DNA of 41,665 bases, taken from positions 107,573,962-107,615,626 of the forward strand of contig NC_068981.1 in the NCBI RefSeq assembly GCF_001194135.2. The letters run 5' to 3'. A program made the position numbers and the translations under genes. The notes beneath the pieces were generated by a model, which searched no databases, had not been told where the DNA came from, and saw only the letters and a program-made list of their open reading frames with translations. Positions within the stretch are counted from its first letter, which is position 1; each line of letters opens with the position of its first letter. Positions 1 through 11,079 of the stretch are shown piece after piece. Origin of the DNA: Octopus bimaculoides. Lineage: Eukaryota.

Positions 1-40
<40 letters not shown>
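1..40. repeat. (AT)n microsatellite
   Basis: 20 perfect AT units at the window start. Confidence 0.99.
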
Positions 41-42
<2 letters not shown>

Positions 43-734
43 AATGTAGATAGTCTTGTAATAATTTGTGATAAATTGTTCGATGCCTAAATCATTTGCC
101 ACAAACTGAATATGAGATGTTTAATAAGTATTCTTAGTATTTCAATATTCCAAGAAATAAGATTACTCTTTGCCATTTTAATTTATAATCTCAATTATTG
201 ATTTGGTCATATTCACCTTTCTATTAATATTTTTCAAACAAACATTTTTGCTCTTAAATTGTGTATGCATTTTATTTATCATCTTGTTGTTGTTATCACC
301 CTCTTGTATTTCAGTGAATCTTCCATAAAAAAAGAAGCCCTCCCTTTTTCCATTAAATGTGCACGGTGTGAAATACTTTCCCTTTTACAATCATCTTTTA
401 AATGGTTCTCATGATCTATTGTGTTGAATATTGTAATATTGTATTTCATTGATTATATCTTTCCTCTAACTGCACTATATAATTGAAATATGTTAACAAT
501 TTTACTAAATACATTTTCATATCTGCAAATTTCATTGCTGTTAGCTGTATCTTTGGACTGTCAGACTGCTGAATTGAAGGCTCACATCTCAGCACCAGTG
601 CTGTATATTGTCTTAATGGCCATGATGTGTAATTCTTAAAGGACTGTCTCCAAATCATTGTGTATAGGTACTAACAGCTAGTTTAGTTTATTGTTAAACG
701 ACTAGGAAATCTGGATGGCAGAGATAACACCAAA

Positions 735-860
735 TTACACACACACACACACCATCATCATCATTGTCGTCATCATCATCATCAACAACAGCAACAACAT
801 TTAATGTCTATTTTCCATACTGACATGATTTAGATGGCCTGACAGGAACTAATGAAATGT
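735..860 (-). repeat. (CA)n/(CAT)n simple repeats followed by a degenerate RTE-type 3' tail
   Basis: TTTAATGTCTATTTTCCATACTGACATG follows the CAT repeats and resembles the tails at 29285, 31655 and 39200. Confidence 0.45.
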
Positions 861-1544
861 TAAAAATATCCTACACAATTCAGAAGATATAGAAAAATAA
901 TAAAAAGAAGAAAATGCGCAATTTTTTATTGTTTAAATTGTTAACCAATGACTGATACTTATTTTCAGTTCATTTATCAATAATTATAAAATATATTTCC
1001 CCACATTCCTGAAAAGTCAAAAGTATAAAATTTCGCATCACCACTTAGGTCTACAAATATATACAATATTACTTCTCTTACCTAGAGAGTCTATAATGAG
1101 ACTACTTGCAGCAGACATACTATATATTAAACGAAGGGTACCAGCAAGCCACTACATATGTATATTGCAATGCAAATTATCTATAAGAAGTGAAACCAGT
1201 TTGTAATTATGTGCTTTGGAATATTTACTTACGTATTTTTGTAATTATATTCCTTGGCATGTTTAATGTTGTATTTTGAAATGATTTGAATGTACAAATA
1301 TACTTTGGAATATGTAATCTTAAAATGATTTAATTGTAGTAATGTGTTTCGTATACAATATGGTATTTTAGAATATGTAACAATGTATTTTAAGATAATT
1401 TAATAGTGATAATTTCTTTTTCAGTATATATTATTGCATTTTGAAATGGTTTGATTGAATTAATTAACTACAATGTAACAGGAAAAACATAATTTCTGCT
1501 TTTTATTAATATTTTCCCATATACACCCACACACATATATATCT

Positions 1545-1945
1545 TTTACTAGTTTCAGTCATTAGATTATGGCCATGTTGGGCCACTGCCTTGAAGAATT
1601 TTTAGTCAAATGTATCAACCACAGTACTTATTTTTTAAAAGCCTGGTACTTATTCTATTGGTCTCCTTTGCTGAATTGCTAAGTTACAGGGACATAAACA
1701 CACCAACACTGATTGTAAAGTGGGCAGTGGGTAGGGTAAACACAAAGACACACACACTTAGATATATATGTATATACAATATATGTGACGAGCTTATCTC
1801 AGTTTCCATCTCTCAAATCCACTCACAAGGCTTTAGTCAGCTTGAGGCTATAGATGAAGACACTTGCCCAAGGTGCCATTCAGTGAGACTGAATCCAGAA
1901 CCATGTGGTTGGGAAGCAAGTTCTTACCACACAGCCACACCTGTA
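1545..1945 (-). mobile_element. tRNA-derived SINE, family A (head, internal microsatellite, tail)
   Basis: Minus strand reads GGTGTGGCTGTGTGGTAAGAA (A-box-like) ... GGATTCAGTCT (degenerate B-box), then CACCTTGGGCAAGTGTCTT, a (TA/TG) spacer and a tail ending ...AATGACTGAAAC. Homologous to 8400, 12160, 22808, 30575 and 41040. Confidence 0.8.
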
Positions 1946-1957
1946 CCTATACATGTA

Positions 1958-1994
<37 letters not shown>

Positions 1995-4783
1995 CAGAGT
2001 TTGTGTGTGTGCATGTTCCTTATGCATTCGGAAACTTAGTTGCCGATTTTGACATATGGAGTATCAAAAGATTCAGTAATCTTTCGGCTACCAAATAAAC
2101 TTTATTTTCATTTACATATTTGCAACGCAAAAATTTAACATTATAAGCTCTCTATAGTCAACTATCATAAACGACATTTTATACCATGACAACAACAATA
2201 TCACATCTATATCTATATTAGCAGATGTCTGTGTATTTGTATGTCTGTGCATAATGTCAATGAAGGAGTAAGAGGGGAGAGAAAGAAACAGAGAAGCAAA
2301 GTGAAGAAGTGGCTCTTTACTTCTCTTCCATCTCATCCGTCACAACATTTTTTCAATAGAGGGAGTAATATAAATAGTGTGTGTGAGTGAGTTAGAAGGA
2401 GAGAGAGAGTGAAAGAAACAGACATAGACGAAAAGAGAGTAACTATTACAGAGGGTGAAGGAGAGAAACACAGAATGAGAAAAAGACACAGAGAAGAGAG
2501 AGAGAAACAGAAAGAGAAAACAAGTTTCTATAAGAGAACTTGAACAAGAGAAGGATTGCAGGAGATAGAAAGATGCTGATGTTTGATACTGTATGTATGT
2601 TTTCTAGGTGAAGGTGAAAGAAAGGCGGCACAAAGAGAGGGGAAAAGCAGGAGAGAAAGAGATGATGATGATGTTTGATATTGTATGTATATGTGTGTGC
2701 ATGCAGCATTCCACTATTGCCATTTATTTCAACCACTCTTGTGAAGATATTCATGTAACTTTCACTCATTCTTTTCATTTAATCCCCATTTTTATTTTCA
2801 AAAACGTTTCTTAGAAAAATGTTCTCACTCTCTATAAGAGGAGACAGGGGAGATACAGATAGACAGTATTCTACAGTGAAACAAAGATCAGTACAGGTAG
2901 CCAGAGTAAGGTCACAGGAGACCCCTGCACAGCGACAACAAAGACATGAAAATGACCGAAGGAGAGCTATTGTACGCAGGGCCAATGAGTCACAAGAGAC
3001 AAGGGAAAAATGGTTAGAACAATTACGTCAGCAAAATGCAATTCGCAAGATCCAAGAGTCAAAAAAGGAAAGAGAAAAACATTTAAAGGATGCATACAAA
3101 GACAATCTGCTAGAGTTGCCAATGAGACAATAGGTCAGAGAGAGAGGAGACAAAAAAACCCAGGAGCAAACAGTTGCTGCAAGGCTTCTCCAATCCTCAG
3201 AGGAAAGATGTAAGCGTCTTGATCAAGATAGGCTGAATATGTTTGACAAAAGTGTTGCACCTTTTAAGGAGATTTGGAAAAGATCAGCTTTCAACTATGA
3301 TCCAAAACATGACTATTCTACAGAGAAATTGATTGATATTGGAGCAATGTCAGGAGAGTGCAGTTTTTTTAAAGGAAAGAAATGGGAAAGAGAACCCACC
3401 ACTATGTGTTATGGTGGAGGAATGGTTGTTTTACCAACGTTTGGTACACCCACATACTTTGAAGACATTGCTTTTGGGAAATACACCAAGAAGCATGCTC
3501 TTCTTGAAAAACATTAAGAATTATAATTCTGCTTTCCAAATTACCTCCTTTGGTAGCAATATTATAAGAGAAGGACATAAGAGGCAACAATAAATCTATG
3601 AGAGGAGTTACATTAGTTTTATTGGGAGACTTCAGACAGACATTACCAGTCATTCTGAGAGGAACAAGATCTGATGAAATAAAAGCATGCATTAAGTCTT
3701 CACACCTATGGAATAAAGTACAGAAATTCTCCTAAAATACTAACATGCAAGCTTTATTACATGGGGACTGATGTGCAGAACAGTTTTCAACCTGGCTCCT
3801 CCAATTAGGACACGGGAAAGTACCATTTGATGGACATGATTATATCAATTTGGCTCATATTGCTATCATGGTAAATTCTCTAGCTGAATTGAAGGACAGA
3901 GTATTTCCAGACTAAGTAATAACTATAATTCACATAAAGGGTTGTGTGAAAGGGCAATTCTTGCTCCAAAAAATGAGACAGTAACAAGGATTAACCATGA
4001 ATTAATGAATAAGATTCCAACAGTCATTTAGGAGTACAAATCAGTTGATTCAGTCCTTGATGAAAATCAGAGTTCCTCAATTCCTTTGAGCCACCTGGAA
4101 CGCCTCCACATAAATTTTTCCTGAAGGTAGGAGTCCTAATAATGCTTCTAAGAAATTTAGACCCTCCTATATTATGCAGTGGAACAAGGTTGATTGTGAA
4201 GACATTAACACCTAGATAGAAGCTACCATCATCACTGGATGTGCCTTGAGGGAGAGGTTTTCATTCCAAGAATTCCAATCAAACCAACAGACATGCTATT
4301 TGAGTTCAAACGAACACATTTCCCAGTGCGACTTTGCTTCGCGATGTCTATTTATAAAACTCAAGGTCAGACTTTGAAATCTACTGGGTTGCACTTAATT
4401 GAGCCTTGCTATTTTCATGGTCAACTTTATATTGATTTCTCCAAGGTTGGTAGTTTGCAAAACTTATTTGTCAATGCTCCAAACCAGAAAACAATGTTGT
4501 TTACTCGGAAGCTCTTACATAATTTCCTTCAACATATATGAGAGAATTTATCTCCCTTCAGAAATATGGTAAATTTTGTATTTTTGTTTTTTTTGTTATT
4601 ATTATTAATTTTTTTTTTGTATTATGAATTCAGAATTGATTTCTCAATTGAAAAATAAATTGTATCCCAATTGAAGAATAAATTGAATTTAGAATAACAA
4701 ATTTATATACAACATATTTTGCTTTTTCCCTCCAATATATAAGGAACAATTTTATTCCTGGGTAATGCCGGGTGCCTTTGCTA

Positions 4784-4784
<1 letters not shown>
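1958..4784 (+). mobile_element. Helitron, non-autonomous (internally deleted), both termini present
   Basis: 5' end A|TCTATATA at 1957|1958. 3' end has a hairpin-like CCTGGGTAATGCCGGG (4757-4772), then CTAG (4781-4784) followed by T, i.e. the canonical A|TC...CTAG|T insertion. RepHel fragments lie inside. Confidence 0.9.
2819..4541 (+). pseudogene. Helitron RepHel fragments: charged STPR-like N-terminus, zinc-finger/Rep N-terminal region, PIF1-type helicase C-terminal half
   Basis: ETPAQRQQRH/ESQETREKWL repeats; AFNYDP..IDIGAM..EC and FLKNIKNYNSAFQITSFG; LLGDFRQTLPV; ILAPKN; [19 protein letters not shown]; FPVRLCFAMSIYKTQGQTL; HGQLY. Multiple stops and frameshifts. Confidence 0.9.
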
Positions 4785-4827
<43 letters not shown>

Positions 4828-4829
4828 TC

Positions 4830-5600
4830 ATCTTTACAGTGTGGACTGGAAGCTTTTTATGTGGCACCAATACTGGCAGGGTTACAAAGTAACTTGCAAG
4901 ACAAGGAATTTTGAGAGGGGAGGGGGGGCGTTAGAGGAGGGAATCTTGTGTCAGATGATGAAAGGTTAGAGTGTGACAGAGAGACAGGAATAGGTCTCTT
5001 GCTGTAGAAGAGGTGCATGGTTACCCGGCCAGAGAGATAGAGAGGTACAAGAAAGAAGACAGAAACAGGTGTGTTGATGTAAAGGAGAGCTTAGTTACCT
5101 AGCCTAGAGGAAAAAGCAAGAGAAGGAGAGAAAGAGAGAGAGAGAGTGCGTGATAAAAAATGAGGGCAGAAACAGGTGTGCTGCTGTAGGGGAGATACAT
5201 GGCTACCCAGCCAGAGGGAAGAGCAAGGGAAAGAGTGGGAAACAACAACAGTACAAGAGAGAGCAAGAGAGAGATGGTGGTGAAGTGCGAGGGTAGGTAT
5301 ACTTACAAGTAACAAGGATCAGAGCATAATGGGATGGTAGAGTAAGAAAGAGAGATAAACAGTGGCAGTTTCTAGGGCATGCTCAAGGTATGGAGGTCAT
5401 AATGTACATGGCCAGGTATTGCCAAGAAGGTGTGAGTAGGGAGTGGGGATTGCAGTGACTGGTGAAAACTTGGGTCTTAAGATGGGGTGGGGGAAAGCAG
5501 CAATACAGTGAGCAGGGAAGGGGAGTAGGAGGCAATCACAGTGTATGAAGAGGAAATGTAAAGAAGAGAAAGATGCAGTTTAGAAGAGGCAATGTAATTC
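4830..5600 (-). mobile_element. Dispersed repeat, probably a non-LTR retroelement 3' region
   Basis: Its reverse complement matches 16760-17190 (e.g. TCTTGCAAGTTACTT/TCTTGCAAATTACTT, GGTGCCAC.TAAAA, AGTCCACACTG). No ORF recognised. Confidence 0.55.
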
Positions 5601-5659
5601 AGTTTCTTGGGGTAGCATGTGTGAAAAGTTTATTATTACATGTGGGTGGGACACAACAC

Positions 5660-5870
5660 TTCTAGCACTCAGTTTTGCCAACATGGGTGGGTCTTCTTTA
5701 GAACCTCATATTGCCAGACATCTCGGTCCATTGTCATTTCCTCTGTGAGCCCTAACATCCTGAGATTGATCCTCACTACTTCATCCCATGTCTTCCTGGG
5801 TCTCCCTCTTCCACAAGTACCATCCACTTTCAGTGACAGACACTTCTGTATACAGCTGTCTTTACTCATA
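5660..5870 (-). mobile_element. RTE-clade LINE 3' end (5'-truncated)
   Basis: KDSCIQKCLSLKVDGTCGRGRPRKTWDEVVR...DRDVW; homologous to 23296 and 39600. Confidence 0.8.
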
Positions 5871-5874
5871 TACT

Positions 5875-5934
<60 letters not shown>

Positions 5935-6559
5935 TAATGTTGATGTCATAGATATCTGTAAGCTTCAAAAGAATATAAAAGAATTCTTCTTTTGGCACAG
6001 TGAAACTCAAAACAGATGAAACTATAAATAATAGTGTGTTAATATTGAGTGCTAAAAATAGAGATGGTTGGTTGCTTTGGTTCAATGGTAGAATGTCTAT
6101 CATGTTTACAGCTGTAGATTCATGACCAACTAGCAGCCTTTGACTTTTTTCTATCCAAAGTGTTGTTTATAGCTTTATCTGCTTTGAGCTTCACCATTTC
6201 AAAGCAAAAATAATTTTATGTTCTCTAAAATTGACAAATTGTTATGACATTGATAATGTATAATTCTCACCAATAAGAATAATGATTTTAAAATGGAGAT
6301 AGAAATTTGAAGGATTCTTGTTCCACAGACAGCCTTCAACTGTTTTCAATTCAAGGCTTTTTTCTTTTAGTTCAATATTTACATGTTATATATAGCTGGT
6401 CCGCTTTGAGTTTCACTTTTTCCAAAAGGATGTGTGTGTGCACATAACCTCCCATACTGTCAAGGATTAGTGTATGTTTGTATGTGTGTGTGCGCGCGTG
6501 TGCACAGCATAGAGAGTCGGAAGACTTTCTATGTGGCATTCAATGAATCTGCCAATTCA

Positions 6560-7420
6560 CCACTCCAGAAGACACACATTGTAAGGGACATAGATAACAA
6601 GTAGAGTACACTCTTTTATTCTTGTTGCTGAATTGTTCATATTTGCTGCCCCATTAAATTTCCAACAATAACATCAATTTTCAGCCCCAGTTTCTTGATC
6701 ATTTCTGACCACCTTCTAGAGAATGCCTTTCTTCAGTAAAATGCATTGCAAAAAAAAAAAAAATCCAATAAAACCTGTTTTCACTTTTGATGAAAGGTGA
6801 GGCATGTCACAGTTTGCTCACCCTGCAGATGTCTGATGCCTCATCAATGATAATGGAATTGTCAGAACACTTTTGCACATCATTTTCTATATTGTACTCA
6901 GTCATATTAAAAATTTTAGTTTTGGACGATAGACGGTGTCTACTGCACATATGCATCCCATTGAGCTTTTGGTTTTTCTCTTAGCCAAGAATTCATTCAA
7001 CTGAAGAAGTAGCAGTTCCAAAAATATTACTACAGTCACTGCTGTCCTCTGTATGACCTCATTGAACTACAATTTGTTCGGCAGTAAACAATAGAGTTTC
7101 AACAACAATTTCCAAGTACTCTCAGTTCCACACTACTTGTTGCTTATATATAGTATTTACTTAACCTAGTACTGATGTATTGTGTTCTGAATTTTCTTGA
7201 TGGTCTATCCAATCCACTTTGCCAAATGATGACAAGCACTTTTTGCATGCTTTATCAGTCAATTTGCCCTTCCAGCTCTGAAAAGTAAAAGTATTACTAT
7301 GCCTGAATACTTTACAGCATGAAGCTTGACATTTATCAATGTCATATGTTAGTCAAGGATAAAGTTTAAATTATTCACTATTGGAACCTCTCAAATTAGA
7401 CTCCTCCACAAATTTCTTCA
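6560..7420 (-). pseudogene. hAT-superfamily transposase remnant (TTF zinc finger / DUF4371, ZMYM1-like)
   Basis: Manual minus-strand translation gives P*LTYDIDKCQASCC, LIKHAKSACH, ETLLFTAEQIVVQ*GH, SIIIDEASDI, KLGLKIDVIVG and FNGAANMN..ATRIKE. The order matches hAT motifs FSIxxDETxD and YDGAxNMSG. TIRs not found. Confidence 0.7.
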
Positions 7421-8399
7421 ATTTATATTGTGGCAAAATTGGTTGATTTAGAGCCTGAGTCTGTAGAGACTCAAGACATTTTTTGTAATATCCTGATCAT
7501 CACTGGTGATAATTTGGGAAGTTGTGTGAGTTATGCTTAGTTTTTATTATCTAAAATATTTGGCACTTTTTTTTAGATAAAGTACTCTATGTTTGCTACA
7601 AATCTTTTGGAACCGATACAGAAATCATAATCTAACTGCCATGTAGCCTGTCTTTTTGCTTGCTACATCTTGCATATTTGATGCATTGGTGATTAAGCTG
7701 TTAGCATGTGTTTTACATGATGAGATTTAGCATATACAATTTGAACAAGAACAGAACATGCACTAGAGTAGAGTGACCAGTATAGTGTTGATCAACTTTA
7801 CTAAAGAGTGACCAAGTTTGGTTTTTCATCCCTGGAAATCAATAAAACATCATTACATTACAGATAAAAAAGGAAGATTGGAAGGTTCTGAGATTTTCTG
7901 TAATGCATGAAAATGAGACAGAAGAATAACAGGGAAGTTAACTAGGAGAAATAAGAGCGATACTTCCTCTGAAGTAACTCTCTGTCTAAACTCAAACCCC
8001 TTTGCTTAGATTTCCTGTTTAGGACCATTGTCTAATTATATTTCCATAAAAGGCATGAAAAGTTATGTAAACGTTTATTGACTTATTAGTATTGGTTACC
8101 ACATAGCAATTAGTGGCAGTGACATTAAAGAAAAATTATGTAAATTCCCTCCAAATTGTATTTCCAAATATTCTAAATTTACTCAGGCTGCAGCATTGGC
8201 CTGTTATGTGGAGCTACCATAGATGCAACACTGAAATATACTTTTACTTTCTTCCACTTGTTTTTGCATAACATACTTTATAAACAATGTTTGGCAAACC
8301 ACAAACAACCTTGTTTTATAATGCTAACATATATACATATCTACACACATGCAAATATCTTTCCATCTAGTGACTTGCCTTGTTCTGTTTATAATAACT

Positions 8400-8554
8400 A
8401 TATGAGTCACTGTGTGGTAAGTAACTTGCTTCCCAACCACATGATTTCAGTTTCAGTCCCACTGAGTGGCACCTTGGGCAAGTGTCTTCTACTATAGCTT
8501 CAGGTTGACCAAAGCATTGTGAGTGGATTTGGTAGACAGAAACTGAAAGAAGCT

Positions 8555-8605
<51 letters not shown>
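8400..8605 (+). mobile_element. SINE family A head plus (TA)n
   Basis: CTGTGTGGTAAG...GTTTCAGTCCCACTGAGTGGCACCTTGGGCAAGTGTCTTCT..., then about 22 TA units. Confidence 0.8.
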
Positions 8606-8606
<1 letters not shown>

Positions 8607-8953
8607 TGAAGTGTACAATATTGTATATCCATTACAGCCAATCTTACCAAATCAGTTTTACAGATATATGCAGGGTGGGAAAGCAAAACTTGCATTAAGT
8701 TACACTAATATTTCACAGGAACCACTACATCATATGATATGAAAATAATGCAGAATAAAGAATACATTTTCAGCTAATAATAAACTCTGTTTTTGCAGGA
8801 ATATTGAAGAAAATGACTGCAGGAAGACAAATGCCATAGAGTGTGTGATTTGGTCTGTGCACAAGTCAATCCAAAGAGGATCTCAAGCATAGTTGTATCC
8901 CTATTTACATTATTTACATTTGACGGATATATGTCCTCATCTTGTTTGTTGTT

Positions 8954-8999
8954 AACACAATGTTTCGGCTGATATACCCTCCAGCCTTCATCAGGTGTC
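8954..8999 (-). ncRNA. Minimal type-I hammerhead ribozyme motif
   Basis: Minus strand: GACAC-CUGAUGA-A-GGCUG(gagggtatat)CAGCC-GAAA-CAUU-GUGUU. Stem I is GACAC/GUGUU and stem II is 5 bp. The stem III tetramer ACAU appears to be a CpG-decayed palindromic ACGU, so this copy may be impaired. Confidence 0.75.
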
Positions 9000-9064
9000 T
9001 TGGGGAAATTTTGAACTTGAGTTCTCATTCCTAAGGTATTTTTTGATGTTATTATTATTATTCA

Positions 9065-9137
9065 GGTTACTGCCTGGAATCAAACTCAGAATCTTGGTGT
9101 TAGTAGCCCGTGCTCTTAACCACTACGCCATATGCCC
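9065..9137 (-). promoter_or_regulatory. tRNA-derived segment with Pol III A-box and B-box inside the Penelope pseudo-LTR
   Basis: TGGCGTAGTGG (9130-9120) and GAGTTTGATTCC (9087-9076; GTTCGA with a C>T change) at tRNA-like spacing, with a CTACTAA anticodon-like loop. The acceptor stem does not close. Confidence 0.65.
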
Positions 9138-9166
9138 ATGGGCAATTATGGAGTGAATTTTAGGGC

Positions 9167-10745
9167 TTATAAATCTAATATTTTCCTATCCCTCCTTAAT
9201 ATCAGTTCCCATATGTTATTCATATCTGCACTTGGTCTGCTTAGGAGGTTGTTGTGTCCTAGCATATGTGCTGCTTCTTGTAGTTTTCGTATTTTCCAGT
9301 GGTGTTCTCTGTCTATTATTTTAACTTCATCCCACAGTGGGAGGTGGTCTCCATTTTTCCATACATGATCAGCTATACCCGGTTTATCATTATCTCCTTG
9401 TGTCACAGCTTTGCTATTTTGAGGGAGCGGCATGTTTCGCCTTTGTATAACCTACCACAGCTGCATGGGATGGAGTACACACAGTCTTTGGTCATATTCT
9501 CTTCTATTGGTGGTTTTACTCGAAGGAGATATTTGCGAAGTGTTGTATTACTCTTGAATACTGTCTTGATGTCATATGGGTTGCATATCTTTTGTATCTT
9601 TTTGGAGAGGCCTTTCACATAGGGTAGACAGACTGTGGACAGTTTATTGGTTTCATCCTCTCTTTTCTTCATAATTGGAGTGGATAGTATGTTTTTGGGG
9701 TAGTTGTTGCTTAATAGATTGTTAATGAGCTTGATCATATCTTCATGGTGTATATCATGATCGCTACTCATATTCTTTGCATGATGTTTTAGGCACTGAG
9801 CAATCCCTCTCTTTATACTGTATGAATGGTGGGAACTGAAGGTGAGGTATCGTCCAGTGAAGTTTGGCTTGCGGTATACAGATGTCCTGAATCCTTACTT
9901 GGTGCGTATTATTAATACATCCAGGAATGCTAGCTGATTGTCTTTTTCCTTTTCCATCATGAACTGTATGGATGGCTTTATTGAGTTCACATGACCTAAC
10001 AGCACTTGGACATCTTCCTGGTGGGGCCAGAGTATAAAGGTGTCATCAACATATCGCAGCCATAGGGTTGGTTTTAGTGGTGTTGATCCTAAAGCCAAAT
10101 TCTCAAAGTATTCCATGTATATATTGGCTATTATCGGTGATAACGGTGAACCCATAGCTAAACCCTCTTCTTGTCGATCTATATATCAGTGTCTATACTG
10201 AAGTAGGTAGTTTCTACACAGAAGGTCAACATTTCCATCAAGTTTCTTATTGGTATACTAGTGCGTTCTTTTAGATTAGTGTCTGTCACTAGTTTTTCTT
10301 GAACTACCGACAGTGCTTCACCAGTTGGGACTTTGGAGAACAGACTTATCACATCTAGACTCGCCATCTAGTTGGATTCAATGGGGGTATCCTTGATCAA
10401 TTCTGTGAAGTGGGTGGAATTCTTCACATACAATGTTGACTTTCCTGCTAATGGACTGATTATATCCACAAGTAAGTGGCTCAGTGGTTGACATGCTGGA
10501 CCTCTACAGCTCACTATAGGTCTTAATGGAATACCATCCTTGTGAATCTTAGGGAGACTGTAGATGCATGGTAGTTTACTGTAGTGTTGAATCAGTTTTC
10601 TATACTTCATTGGTGTAAAGTGATCCTTGTTCTTGATCAAGCTCAGTGACAACTTCCTCTCTGTTTTCAGAGTTGGATCTTTCTTTTCTCTGCTGTAGCT
10701 ACCATCATTTATAAGACTTGTCAATTTTTTAGAGTAGTCAGACTG
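9167..10745 (-). pseudogene. Penelope reverse transcriptase - GIY-YIG endonuclease ORF, disrupted
   Basis: YSLPKIHKDGIPLRPIVS, SLDVISLFSKVP, MGSPLSPIIANIYM, WLRYVDDTF, FLDVLI, TSVYRKP, LPYVKGLS, CVYSIPCSCGRLYKGET. In-frame stops present. Confidence 0.92.
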
Positions 10746-11079
10746 GAAAATACAAAAACTAAAAGAAGCAACACATATGCTAGGACACCACAACCTCCTA
10801 AGCAGACCAAGAGCAGATATGAGTAGCATATGGGAACCGGTATTAAGGAAAGATAGGTAAATATTAGATTTATAAGCCCTAAAATTTACTCTATAATTGT
10901 TCACAGGCATATGGTGTCGTTGTTAAGAGCACGGGTTACTAACCCCAAGATACCTGAAAAATACCTTAGGAATGAGAATCCAGGTTCAAAATTTCTCCAA
11001 GACACCTGATGAAGACTGGAGGGTATATCAAATGTAAATAATATACATAATTCCTCATCTCTTAAATATAGAACTGTAA
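10742..11079 (+). repeat. Inverted pseudo-LTR copy of the Penelope 3' end
   Basis: Plus strand reads WKIQKLKEATHMLGHHNLLSRP, matching the minus-strand GIY-YIG tail. About 23 differences in about 205 bp by manual count, plus internal deletions. Confidence 0.9.

Larger units (their letters stand above)
8901..11079 (-). mobile_element. Penelope-like element (RT plus GIY-YIG), 5'-truncated, with inverted terminal pseudo-LTR and 10-bp TSD
   Basis: TSD AGTTGTATCC at 8891-8900 and 11080-11089. The 3' region (about 8901-9305, minus strand) is repeated in inverted orientation at 10742-11079. Confidence 0.92.

Noticed and set aside
1610-2098. 162-aa ORF and similar ORFs at 8367, 8492, 22631 and 23178 (5' part)
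   Set aside because: These are translations of SINE sequence and microsatellites.
9065-9137. Functional tRNA gene (CTACTAA loop)
   Set aside because: The acceptor stem does not pair, the T-stem is imperfect, and it is embedded in a retroelement repeat; treated as tRNA-derived only.
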